A stretch of DNA of 64,000 nt. Source: Marsupella aquatica (Eukaryota > Plantae > Marchantiophyta). Positions 24,418 through 37,000 of this stretch are shown piece by piece; position 1 is the stretch's first letter; every line of letters starts with the position of its first letter. The DNA lies in NCBI GenBank assembly GCA_973895155.1, contig OZ316896.1, positions 20,962,152 through 21,026,151 on the forward strand. Direction: 5' to 3'. Both the position numbers and the translations under genes were made by a program. Below the pieces are notes generated by a model. It made no database searches. It worked only from the letters and a program-made list of their open reading frames with translations, and was not told the origin of the DNA.

Positions 24418-24474
24418 AAAGTGTACATTTAGAGACCAAAAAGTGTACATTTGGGGACATGAAAGTGTACATTT
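24418..24474 (+). repeat. Right subterminal aaagtgtacattt repeats (3 copies)
   Basis: Same motif and same strand orientation as the left array. Confidence 0.9.
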
Positions 24475-24529
24475 CAAGATTGATTTGTGAACAAAAAAAA
24501 ATACACTTTTAATGAATAGGCTGATAAAG

Positions 24530-25470
24530 TATAAGTTACAGATGTTTGTTGAGATCCCTGGTCTACAAAATGACGTAAACTTAGCCTGCAGGATAAAGAC
24601 AGGTGTTGTAATTTAACAGTTAGTACTTTCAAAACTTGCTGGATGCATGTAAGCTCTTAGAACATGGATACAACCTTTGGCGATGATAATGACAATCCAA
24701 GAGGATTTGACTACATCGATACTACCTATCGCTGTTCAAAATTGTCCAGCTTCAAAGCTTTTGCTTCAAGCGCAATCACTAATGTATATTACTTATCCCT
24801 AGATTCCTCCACTATCATCGTCGGTCCCATCAAGTCCATCAAAAAGGTGAAGAACTGTTTCGTTTAAGTACACATGATCCTAAAGTAATCCTGGTGGTCC
24901 TTAAAGTAAAGAGCTCCCACCAAAGCAGTGGGAGGTGCCTTTAATAGCCACCTCAAGCCTGATTGAGCATACAATTCTTCTCTCATGCTCATTAGTCGCT
25001 ACCTGCGAATCTAGCTGATGAAAGAGCTTTTATGCTGTAGCATTCTGATGCGTTGGGAATGGACATGTAATCCTGATAAGAGACCTACTGTAGACGATTA
25101 GAGCTCACATCTTCACGAATAGATTGAAGTTTTGGATTAGTTTTGGGGCGTTCCATCTTTGAATGCCTCCACCTTGCAAAAGCAGTGAACTTCTCTTAAA
25201 GACCCATGAAAAAAACCTGGTTACACCACATTTCACCATTTTAGTACGTACATTTTCCAAAAATTGTGGAGCAAAGTCTCACTGTAGAGGAGAGTAATTT
25301 GAAAAAGGAAGAAGACATGGACATTTATCCTTTTTCTGGCCAGTGGTGGTATAAACATGTTCTCGTAAACAAGGAGGCCCAACCTAAAACTCTGTCAAAT
25401 TGAAAGAAACTGGACCCAAATGACTTTGGCTGCTGTTTTCCTCCTCTTACACTGTCTGATATAGTGAGGT
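24530..25470 (-). pseudogene. Partial degenerate duplicate of APE1 internal exons, right of the transposon insertion
   Basis: Colinear with ~45337-46095 (exons corresponding to KFTSFFGPGI, LVFEAK.LKLDDF and GGIQR..APK), with indels. Confidence 0.85.
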
Positions 25471-27454
25471 TTAACTCATACCATCGCAGTCACAACATTT
25501 CCAAGTGTCTCAATCCATGGGAAAGTGAAGCCCGGATGGACCTTCCATGTTGGTGGTCCATGTGAATTTTGTCCTTATAATTTGATGATTATGATCTTAA
25601 GATATAGTTTTTCACCTGCATGACAACTAGAGAAGGAGTAGAATCTGATATGAAAAAAAACAAGCCCTAATATTTCATATTAATGTAATGAAAAAAAATC
25701 TTATAGAATTTACCCCTCTACATTCCATGATAAATAATTCTATAAAAATGGCCAAAAAACTCTCTCTCACTTTGATGGAAATGGAACTCACCTACTGCTC
25801 TAGCACACCCTCAAAACTAAAAACTATTTTAATTTATGATCAAATTTATTAACATTTAAATTCAAATTTTGGGAAATGTGGCTCATGGGGGTTTCAAAAG
25901 TCCAACCTTGAGGTACATGGAAGCATCAGTTTTCTTGGATCTCCCTAGATTTAAGGATAACTGTATGATATTCTCTGCCAATGGGATCTGTGCAAAAATT
26001 AAAGTTGGGCTAATTTATACCAAAAGTGGCAAATATTTTATGTTGGGGCGAAATTGGCTACTTTTGGCACTTTAAAAATGCTGCCCAAAAATCCAAAAAG
26101 GTGGCCTTATTTTCCTGGAATGGCTCAGGAACCTGGTGTTATAATTTTCCTCCCTCCCATTGGTTTTTTTCCTAATATTTATGTCTATTTTTAATCAGAA
26201 AAAACTCCCAAATACCACCCTATTATAGCTCATTGACATTTTAACCTTGTCTTATTTTTAAACTCTCCAAATACACTTGCTACAGGTCTGTTGCTGCACT
26301 TAACTAGCCCAGGTTGCAGAAATTAGAATAAACAGCCCACTGCTCACTATTGATGAACCACCACTGGCACTCTTCAATTTTTGGTCATACCAGAACAGCA
26401 GATGCCCATTAGTAATAAGTTAAAACTCTGGTTTAACAAAGCAAAAAGAAAGTACAGAGGGCAGATATTTTGGGTGACAGTGGAGTATATAATCTGCTAG
26501 AGCAACATTTCTTGGAAACAGGAGGAAAGCTACATAATTTGTTGAAGAATTATGGTCAGTGAAATAAGCTCTCCTTCAACTACCATCGCTGAAAAAGGCA
26601 AAAAACAAAAAATAGTATATGTAAAATAAGGCAAAAAAACAAAAAAACAGTATATGTATAATATACTAAACTATAATACAAGGTGGCTCCTTTTTATGAA
26701 GTGGTCATCATTCAAATTTGGTTCAAAAAACATTAATCATGTCAAAGACAAGGAATAAAGGTTATATTAAATTTTGTGTGAACCAAAGAATTAATAAATA
26801 CATTCCAAACAAGAGGGGAATCAAATGGGAAACACAAAAAGAGGGAGCCAATGCTCGAGCCAATGGGGCACAGAAAACAACAGAGAGAATGTACATGCAT
26901 GGGTATCAAGGAGGTTCTTGACCCATACACATGAAATACAAAAGTATATAATATATATATGATACTATATATTATTGCAACTATTATAAATATTGCAAAA
27001 TGTAATAATGATAGTAATTTAATTAAAATAGGTTAATTAAACACAATAACTTAGATGACAAGTACAATGTCAAAAGCTATAGTAAAATGTTACTTTTTTT
27101 ATAGTAGTCATTCAAATTTGCAATGATTTCCTTTGTGAATGAAAATGGAGAGCAATTATGTTTCCAAGCAAAAAATGAATTTAATAGTACAAAGAAAATA
27201 AGGAGGGTATCTAGCAATGCAAGAGTATCAAGGAGACCTCCCTTTACCATGTACCACTATAATACTTATACTATCCCTTTACAAACTAAAAAAAATGACA
27301 ATCAATCTTGAATGTTCATCAAAACCTCAGGGGCTCACTATATGGATGTCTCCCCATATAGCATGCTCATTCTGGAACATGCTTTACTTTTTGTCTTGTA
27401 GTGATATTAAATGGACAAAATTAAAGAGTAAGACTAGAGTACATATTAAATGTG

Positions 27455-27648
27455 AATGAAATCAAATAATATAAATAAAGTACATGCAATAAAAGCACAT
27501 AGTGACCAATGGAAAGTACAATTTCATTACACAAAGTTGCTACGAGTTGTGCACAATGAAATCAAATAATATAAATAAAGCACATGCAATAAAAGCACAT
27601 AGTGACCAATGGAAAGTACAATTTTATTACACAAAGATCCTACGAGTT
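27455..27648. repeat. 100-bp tandem duplication
   Basis: aatgaaatcaaataatataaataaag..ctacgagtt occurs twice at 100-bp spacing. Confidence 0.9.
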
Positions 27649-28499
27649 ACGTATTTCAGTGTGTCTTATTAATGACTCTTATTCAATAAAAACCATAAAC
27701 TTAGGAAAGAAAGTCACAAGGGGAGCTTAATACAGGATGTGCTGACATTTCTTAGAATCATTCCTCTCACTCATGAGTATACTTAAAAGCGGTAGAAAAT
27801 GAAACCCTTAGTTTCTCTCTAGGACTTAACAAAGTTTACAAATTATACAAATTAAGGGAATTATACAAATTAAGGGGGCTGCCAAAATAAATTCAAAACA
27901 CTATAGAATACCAAAAATTTAAAGGGGTCCAAAAATGAATTAAAAGTCTATGTGATACAAAGGATGCCCCTTGTTAAGGTACATTCAAATAAAAATTCAT
28001 GATACACAAATATGAATAAGACAAAACATGAGAGTTGGATTCACCATATAGCAGCTTCAAATTACCTCCAACGTTTTCAAGCCTTGGACCCCCTAAAATG
28101 TATGAAGAAGAAAAAATCCAACCCCTATAACGTTGAAATATTCCAAATTTTGGTTATAAGGACCCTAATGGTCTTATCAGTCTCAAAACTGTATTTAATT
28201 GACCATATTGTTATTCTCAGAAAATTATTTTAAGTCTTTCCTTTGAACCCTATACTTCGTCGCACATATTTTTGTGGAGGTGAAACCCCCGAGACGGCCT
28301 CGAGATCAAAACATAATTTTTTCCACACTGTCAGATCTATCCATACACCCCTTCTAAAAATAAGTTCCTGCCCAAGCTACCCTTTAACCTTCCCATACCT
28401 GCCACAATGAAAAAATTAACCAAATTTAAATTAAATTTGTTCATATATAAATAATTCTATTTTTTTAAAATAATATAAATAAAATATAGATAAAATATT

Positions 28500-30008
28500 T
28501 TCTCATCTTGACATCTTTAGTTCATATTAAGATCTTCTTACCTCAAGATCTTTGCTCATCTTGACATATTTTCCTCACCTTGAGATCTTTTCTCACCTCA
28601 ACATATATATGATATTTGTCTCATTTTGCCATATTTTTCTCACCGGCTGGCCATCTTTATCTCACCACAACATCTTTCTTCATCCTCAACATTTTTTCTT
28701 CATATTGACATCTTTTTCTCATCTCGCCATCTTTTCTCTCCTTGACATATTTTTCTCACCTCCGAATGTTTTTCTCTAATATGACATATTTTTCTCACCT
28801 TGCCATCTTTTCTCTCCTTGACATATTTTTCTCAGCTTGAAATCTTTTCTCTTATCGACATCTTTTCTTAACTTGATATATTTTCTCACCTCAACACGCA
28901 TCATTTGTGCAATGTATAAGGCCCAAGATGTACTTAACAACATCTTTTACTTCACAACATCTTTGAGTAATGACATACTTTATCTAGTGACCATTTTGCA
29001 CTTAACTGTTGGGGATAATCCCTATCCTGAGACACCATGCACATGTGAACACCATACAAAGTAGTCGACACAGCGAGTACGTGGTTCACCTCATGACCGA
29101 GGCTACGTCCACGGGAAAGCAAGAGACCTTTATTTCTCTCTTGCCCAACTCCAACAATGAACTGAAGATCCACTAGGGGCTGGCATCAGCCCTAGTTATA
29201 TACAGTATGCATCATTGCTAACCTCAACTAAGTCCTAACTTGAGTTAGCCTAACTGTGGTTAGCTCTAGAGTCGCAAGACTAAGAGCAATACTCAACATT
29301 AACAACATCTTAATACTTAATGACATCTTTGGCATAACAACATCATTGGCGACATGACATCTATTTGACACAATTTTTTACTTGATAACCTTTTGGGCAA
29401 CATGCCATCTTTGGCAAAATGACTTCTTTTTCTTAACAACATCTTTTTACTTCATGACATCTTTCACATAAGAACATCATTCTTGGAAAACACAACATAT
29501 AATTCTCTTAAGAGCATTTTGGGCGCCACAACACTTTCCTCTTAGCGACATCTTGGGGGACACGACATCTTGGGCGCCACAACATCTGTTTTCTTAACCA
29601 TATCTTGGGCGCCACGATATCTTTATTTTAATGACATTTTGGGCGACACAACAACTTTTTTCTTAACGACATCTTTTGTGCAATGTATGGGTATTTTCCC
29701 TCAACGATGTCTTGGCCGACACAACATCTTTTCTTTAAATGATGTTTTTGCCGACACGACATCTTTTTTTCAACGACATCTTGGCCGACATGGCAACTTT
29801 TTTATCAACGACCTTTTTTTTCTCAATGACTTCATTTTTCTCAACGGCCTCTTGGCCAACACGACATCTTTTCTCTCCACGACCTCTTGGCCAACAAGAC
29901 ATCTTTTCTCTCAACGACCTCTTGGCCGACACCACTGACATCTTTTTTTTCTCAACGACATCTTGGTCGACACAATTTCTTTTGGGCAATGCACAGGTAT
30001 TGAGCTAG
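28500..30008 (+). mobile_element. Non-autonomous Helitron-like element with gacatctt minisatellites (5' end undefined)
   Basis: Arrays of ttgacatcttt and acgacatcttggcc end in gcaatgcacaggtattgagctag|t, which resembles a degenerate Helitron 3' hairpin plus CTAG. Confidence 0.5.
29007..29298. mobile_element. Solo LTR (292 bp)
   Basis: Termini TGTTG...CAACA with a perfect 5-bp TSD ttaac at 29002-29006 and 29299-29303. Confidence 0.85.
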
Positions 30009-33000
30009 TATATAACAACGTTTTCCAGCCGGTTATGGCCAGTTGCACAACTTGCTCAATGGTGGTCTCCCCTCCACACTCCAACTGTCTGTATTTCATG
30101 CATTACGAGTAGCTTCTATTGTTTATAATGCATGGGCACATACAACTTCTTACATGGACTGTTTTCAGACAATTTTGGGGAATTTTAGGTGCTCAGTGTC
30201 ATCTCATCTGTTTATCACAGGGGTCTGTATATTGCCCAAAAAATAGATCTTGGTGAGATCTACAACCAGCAACAAATTGGCTTCAAAAAATAGTTTTTAT
30301 TTTGTGATAAACTTTTGCAAAAATGGGAGGCCACTATTCACTAGAGCAAAAGTGAATAGTGTTGGTGCAAGGTGGGGGCAGATGAGTCCATTTGTATTTT
30401 GGACAGGCGGCACTTACATGGCGAGTTGAGAAGCCTCTGGTTGCAAACAATCATCTTGTACTTGACTTGTACAGTAATGTTATGTAACAAGTAAGATCTA
30501 TGTATAGTCAAATATGGACTGTTGATTATGGTGAACAAGTCACTATAATTATGGGGTTTTAAACACATTTGTATCATTGGCAAGGCCCTGCACCTGGTAG
30601 CAAATGTGTTGAAATTTACTAGTAAAACTGGTGGGGGCCCATTTACACAGGCACCTGTTGAAGAGGCACATCAGAGGGATATTGGCCTCAAATTTCAGCA
30701 GGCGGAGACTTTGCATGCAAAGCGATTATCTTTGCAGGCAATAATGCTTTTGATGCTAATTTGAGGACTCTGAGAAAGGGACATGCTTATAATCATTTCC
30801 TCTCAAAGTTTCCTTGATCTCATCTCATCGATGCATCGGCTGGTAGGGGCTTATGTCACTTGCGGGCTCTACTTCATGTCAATCATCTGTGTTAAATAGC
30901 CCACTCATGTATATTCCACTTGTCCCTTGTTCTAACTTTTCCCTGAGGTGCCTGTCTTGATATGAATTAGGACTTATGGCATTGCATCGCAACTTGCGAG
31001 ACTTATTACTTTAGACATGTACATGCAGAAGCGCAAAACATCTTGCACTTTTGGAAGTTGCATGCTGGCATGTGTTTGTGAAAATCCAAACAATTACTCT
31101 TTGTACCTGCATTGGAAAGATAAGAAAGGGTATATCAACTCCTCACCATCTTCTCTGGTAGTGAAAGTATCAACTTACTCCCCCCCCCCTCCTCCTTTTC
31201 AAAGAGGGCAGGAAAACAAATCACCAGAAGCTGGAAGAAGGCTTGGTGCACAATTTGAAACAAAGTTATTTCAACTTGGCACATGCTCACTTTGGAGCAT
31301 TGTGCTGCTGTAGACCTGTACTAAAGTCCGCCTATGGACTCATCTCATGTCAGTTTCTAATGGCAATTTTTGTTCCCTCTTAACCCTCATCTTTTGAGGA
31401 TGACCTTGTGGTCTGATGGGCTCGCTTTTGGTGCTGCAGCCTCATTGGTGTGCGTTCTGGCCCTTGGGGATTAGTTTTGCTTTCTGCCCCGCAGTGGCCT
31501 CTCTAATATTTGGTTCACCATTTCCTCAAAAAAACCAAAAAACCAAAAAAGACTAGAACTTGCAAGAGTACACTTTTAAAAACGCTTCAAAACAAAGCTC
31601 TGGGTCCCTTCTCTGTTCATTTGCACTTGCCCTCTCGTGTTTGTTGTCTCTGGTCCACTTTTGAGTCTTGTCCATTGTATTTTGTTTGCTCCTTTTCCTA
31701 TAATTTGATTCTTTTCGAGATAAACTCGTTGAGTTCATCATCAATGCTTTAGCAACAACTGTGAAGTTTCAAGCTACAAGTTTTTGAACCTTTACTACCA
31801 AACCAAATCTGAAGCCAAATCAATACATCGAGCTTCAGATTCTTGGACCTCTCCCTTTGCAGCAAAACAATCCCGCTTAAGGGGATGGCATTGCACGGCT
31901 TAACAAATTGCAGGGACACTACTGCTCTAGATAACTTCCCGATACACTCAGATCTATCAGTCAAACCCGTATGTCAAATTTAAAACTTCCTGCTTGCTAC
32001 TTAACGAGCTCGCATATATAACGACCCTCATGATTGTCAACTCTGATGATTTTTCTATCAAAGGATTTTTAAGTCGTTTGATGGACTTATGGCCAGAGTG
32101 ATGGAAACGGCTTCTTGAACCAAACCAGCCGATGTACAGCGATAACTGAACCTTTCGAGACTCCCTCCCTGTTTTGCAAAAATTGCCATAGAGGGGTGGA
32201 AAAGCCCTGACGATCTCCAGCTTGACCTCGTTCCGGGCCTGGTTCTCTAGTTCGTTGAATGTCTCTGACCAGCGGAGACCGAGAACTGAATTGGCCAGAA
32301 AGAAGTCCTTCACGGCAGTGATCTCGTCGGCACCAGTGGGACTGACCATACTTCCTAGCTAGTCATAGTAGTTATTCTGATATCATGCTCGATTTTTAGA
32401 TCTAACCAGTGGCATCGACACGGATTAGTAAGAGCACTGATTCATGCTGAAAGGATCGATTTCACTGTCGAAGGTTCTTCGTGAGAGGGCAGCGTTCATA
32501 TAGAAAGGAAATTTAATGGAATTACATGAGTGTCCACCATACTCAAGCAACGCACTGAATTATGCTTGCCTCGCTGGTTGTAATGGGAGGGATTCAAAGG
32601 GACGCTTGGTGATTCAAGTTGTGTTTCAGGGTCAGTATCCGACAAGTGGATGCAGTAGATGATGGTGATGCGTGAATTTTAACTAATCTTCAGACCTCTA
32701 GAACCTGTGAATCAGGTTTGGCAGCGACCCTTGCAACATTTACGATCCTAAGTGAGCAAATTCGTGTTTTCGTGCTTTTTTATGGACGCCTACGATCCCT
32801 TAAGATAATCACAACACACCAATTCAAAGTTTGTTACCTAAGTCCATTTTCAATGGAAGAAAATCATGTGCCATCCCAAGCAAATTTGTGTTTTTTTATG
32901 GACGCCTACGATGCCTTAAGATAATCACAACACGTGCATTCAAAGTTTGTTACTTGAGTTCATTTTCAACGGAAGAAAATCATGTTGAGCACTGTCAAGA

Positions 33001-34069
33001 AAATGAAATGACGTTGGAGTTCTGAACTGCATGAACCATCCTTTCGGGGGCCACGATGTGGGGGGCACAATTCCTGGCATCCTCAGTAATCCAGGAATCT
33101 CCGTGGGCAGCTGGCCAGATCTGAGATGTGGAGAAACCCTACAGACTGCGGAGAAGGGAAAATCTTGACAGAGTCTTTTACCGTCACTGGCCTTCGGTGC
33201 TAGTTCTGCTAAAGGTCTTAAATGCTTATGACTTCCACAGTTACATTCCACACTGAGGTAACGTCTAGTCCATACAAACTCCGTTCGATTGTATTCTCTT
33301 ATCATTGTGCCTACATGCTTTGGTCCACCTGAAAAATAAATAAACGCAAGCAGGTCTCGTCATAACAATGAGTTCAAGCATGCCATGAGACGCTTTTCCT
33401 GTTAATCAGTGTGATGTAAAGTCCTGAAAGTCCTGACATTCTGGCCATCGTGGAGTTGAAAGCCATACCTCGCTCAGCCATACGTGGCGGTTTAGTGACT
33501 TCAAAATTCACTCTTCGTCGTAAATTTCTTTGGTAGCGTGCAGACTTACGGTAAATTTTGTTCGAATGCAAACCTAAAGGGCGTGTGTGCTGAATCCCTT
33601 GACGGTCTCACGGCAGTTTGCCTGGGCAGGGCGATCATCGGGGTGGCAAGGAATTTTATTTTGCTTCTGCAGTCTCCAGCAAGTTTTCTTATGAAGCGGA
33701 GTGACTATCAGTTGGAGCAGGTGTCACATGAGTGGCGTAAATCTCAACGATCTCTGTTGTACAAGTGAAGAAAATACCAATAAGAACTGGAGCAGACATG
33801 TTCTAGACGAAAATTGGTATGTAATCCTTGAAATTTCAGCAATATCTCGGTTTAAGAGTCCATACCATAGAGATTCGATGCACAAGGATCATAAGCGTAT
33901 TTAAAATTTTAAAACCATTATACACATCGGCCTCTACATCAAATAATACAGAGAACTATGGAGGATTTGTGGCGAAAACTGCCACAAGTACACAAATGTG
34001 TGCGCGCTGGCGGTGCTCTCTGCTGCCGTGTCTCAAAACAAAGTTGATCCCTGAATTTCCATCAATAAG

Positions 34070-37000
34070 TCAAGGATCCAAAAGCTTGGATATGTCCGTC
34101 TTGAGATAACCTGCATGGAAGAACCCATCGGGGTCCTGCGAATGGTTATACCTTCCTTGACGACCCTCTTCAATTAGGGAAAGAATTCCATCGCGCACGT
34201 GGAAAATTTGGTAGATTTCTACCCGTCCCAGGTGACTAGAAACCTCCACATTTTGAATGTCCACCAACCATTGGGGCCAGTCGACAATAGGTTTTGCCCT
34301 AATGATCTCTACACAGCGCAATGACTTCAAGCTCCTGACGCAGTCCGGAATGGTCGTGACAGAATAATTCCATAATTGCAGATATCGGAGATTCAGTAGA
34401 GTTGAGACGTTTGGCAGAGTCCTTGAGGATGTCTGGCAAAAGGACGCAGGCGAAGCATCGAGTGAAAGAGAGGTTAGGGCGGAGAGCTGCCCAAAAGATT
34501 CGGGCAGAGATTCCATCACGCAAGAGGGCACTGAAAGACGTTCTAAGCTGGAGAGTTGTCCGAAATTTTCGGGCAGAGATTTTATTGGGCAGGAACAGAA
34601 AATAAGGCGGGTTAGAGCGGAGAGTTGCCCAAAAGATTCGGGCAGAGATTGCATTTCACAGAATGCAAACGAAAGATGTTCTAAGCTGGACAGTTGTCCG
34701 AAAGATTGAGGGAGGAGTTTCAAGCTGGGGCAATCTCTGAATTGAAGACGGTTTAAGGCAGAGAGTTGCCCGAAGGATTCAGGCAAGCATCCCAACGAAT
34801 GACACCTTACGAATTCAAGGTGCTCTAACGCCCTCAGTTGTCCAAATGACTCACACAAGCTTCTGAGTGACCTGCACCCATCGAATTGAAGGTGTCGCAA
34901 AGCGCTGAGTTGCCCGAAGGACTCAGGCAAGCTTTCCAAATCATCACATTTACGGAATGTAAGGTCTCGCAAAGCGCTGAGTTGCCCGAATGACGCAGGC
35001 AAGCTTTGCAAGCCATCACCAAATGCAAATGTAAGGTGTCGCAAAGCGCTGAGTTGCCCGAAGGATCTGGGTAGGGAATGCCAACTTGCGTCAAACAAAT
35101 CTATTTCAAGATGGCCTAATTTGGAGAGCTGCCCAATAGAAGTCGGCACGTCCTTCATGCGCCATAGTTTCAGAACGCCCAGATCTTTTTGGAGGGCAGG
35201 GTTGAAGAGAACCTGACCAGAGCAGCTCAGCAAGACAAGCTGGGTTGGTAGCGATGTATCGTTCGTCGCTCCAACAATCTGAATCTGGCTGCTGATTTCC
35301 AAGAACCGCAACTTCCTCGGATTATGGAAACCCATCCTTGAACTCTGGACCCGAACACCCCGTCCAAGAAGACGAAGAAACTCCAAGAACCGATTCTCCG
35401 GAATAGGCTCAAGGTTGACCTGCAGAGCACGAACTTCCTACAATTCCAAATGAAAAGAACCTTTATATGAAAAATACCGCAACTTTTGGGTCAAGCTGGA
35501 TCAGCAATTCAAACAAACTCGCCTTCTGTGTCTCCTCAGATTTATTGAACCACCCAAACACGTAGATGCTGCCTAGGTTAGCGTGTTTCTATCGCAGGTG
35601 CTTGCACCCACCTTACATGACTGGGGCCCTAAAGAAAAGAAGAAAAAGAGCCACACATGGCACTCATTCCCACTTCAACAAAACCCTTTGCCAAAAACTG
35701 ACCCAGTTCAAATGTAAACTTCTCCAAATGTTTACTTGGAATCTTGGCTAATGGATGTGAATTGCAAACTAAGATGTTATAATTAAATACCTTTCCATGC
35801 GATGCATCTGATGTTCCAAGCAACTCCCCATCTATATTGTACATCCAAATCTGGTACTTGCCGTTGTGCTCAGGCTCAGATGCAATCATTCTTCCAACAC
35901 TTCGAAGTTGCTCATGCACCTTGATACGGTCATCCTCTCCCACATCATAGACAAGAGACATGTCTACCAAGGTTTGCCACAGTAGCTCACTCGTCTCTCC
36001 GTAAGCTACTCTCCATGCCATTTTGGCTTCACCCAATCTCCAGACCCGGCTCTCACAAAAGAAGTTTGTGGCATCCAAAAAAATCTCCTGCTCCTTCTCT
36101 CCAAGGCTGTCAAAACTCATCCTCAACTTCGCCCATAATCTCTCGTTCAAGTTTTTCACCCTTTCTGCTCTTTGTAACACACTTAGAGTATCTTTCCAGA
36201 CCTCCTGCTTCTCTTTCCCCTGTAGGTACTTTCCCACAACTTCTAGGGCTAGAGGGAGCCCATCGCATTTCCTGACAACGTCTCCAATGAGACTTTCTAA
36301 CTGCATATTTGGCATTGTCGCTCAGGAAACGCGTGCTTCATGAATAACAACTTGGCATGGTTCTCAGCCAAGAAACGGACCTGGTGAATTGCCCCCACAT
36401 CCTTTAAAATGTCACATTCACGAGACGTCCAAATGAATTGGCTTGCTGGATCTGCATCCTTGGCTAAGTCCAGTAAAACCTTAATATCACGATCAGCGAC
36501 GTCATCCAAAGCCAGGACTAATTTTTTCCCTCTCAAGACTGACAAATTACGTTCTCCTCCAACCTTCCTGCCTTGGAAATGCAAACATTTCCACAACTCT
36601 TCCTTCACATCATCCTCCCTCCCTCTGATAAGTTTCACATCTGAAACAAAGCAACTATAATCAAACTTGGGACTCAATATGTTGAAGACCGCCTTTGCAA
36701 GGGTAGTGTTGTCACAGTTTCAAGCTTGCTTATTCAACCTGCATGTCAGTCATGTGCTGTGGAAGATGCTGGAAGTTTTCAGGGCGAGCACCTTGCACAG
36801 AGGTTTCTTTTCCTTCTCTTGATTCCTCCTACATTTCCAAGAATTGAAGTCGTCAAGATTTCTTGAATTTTGGAAGAAAATAAAAGTTAACCTTGACAAA
36901 GACCCGTAACAAAGTGCACAACTCACGATTACATGATGTGTCAAATCATCCCGGAAATATGACAAACTGCTTCACCCAGGGAGGATCCCGCCTTTTACCT

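Larger units (their letters stand above)
815..24525. mobile_element. Giant nested TIR DNA transposon (outer element A, Sola-like DDD transposase family), 23711 bp including two nested elements
   Basis: Left TIR atcaacctattcattaaaagtatatt (815-840) matches the reverse complement of the right end (24500-24525) at 24/26. TSD aaag at 811-814 and 24526-24529. The paralogous empty site gatcagtgaaagtatagcttacag at ~45326-45349 has a single aaag. Confidence 0.92.

Noticed and set aside
815-24525. Endogenous virus/Polinton or bacterial contamination as the source of the ParB-MTase
   Set aside because: No capsid, DNA polymerase B, packaging ATPase or retroviral integrase motifs were recognised. The genes have spliceosomal introns and the unit is inserted in a plant gene duplicate with a TSD.
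31749-33770. Short ORFs (e.g. 31957-32349) suggesting a gene or pseudogene
   Set aside because: No recognisable motif or consistent exon chain; cannot be supported without a search
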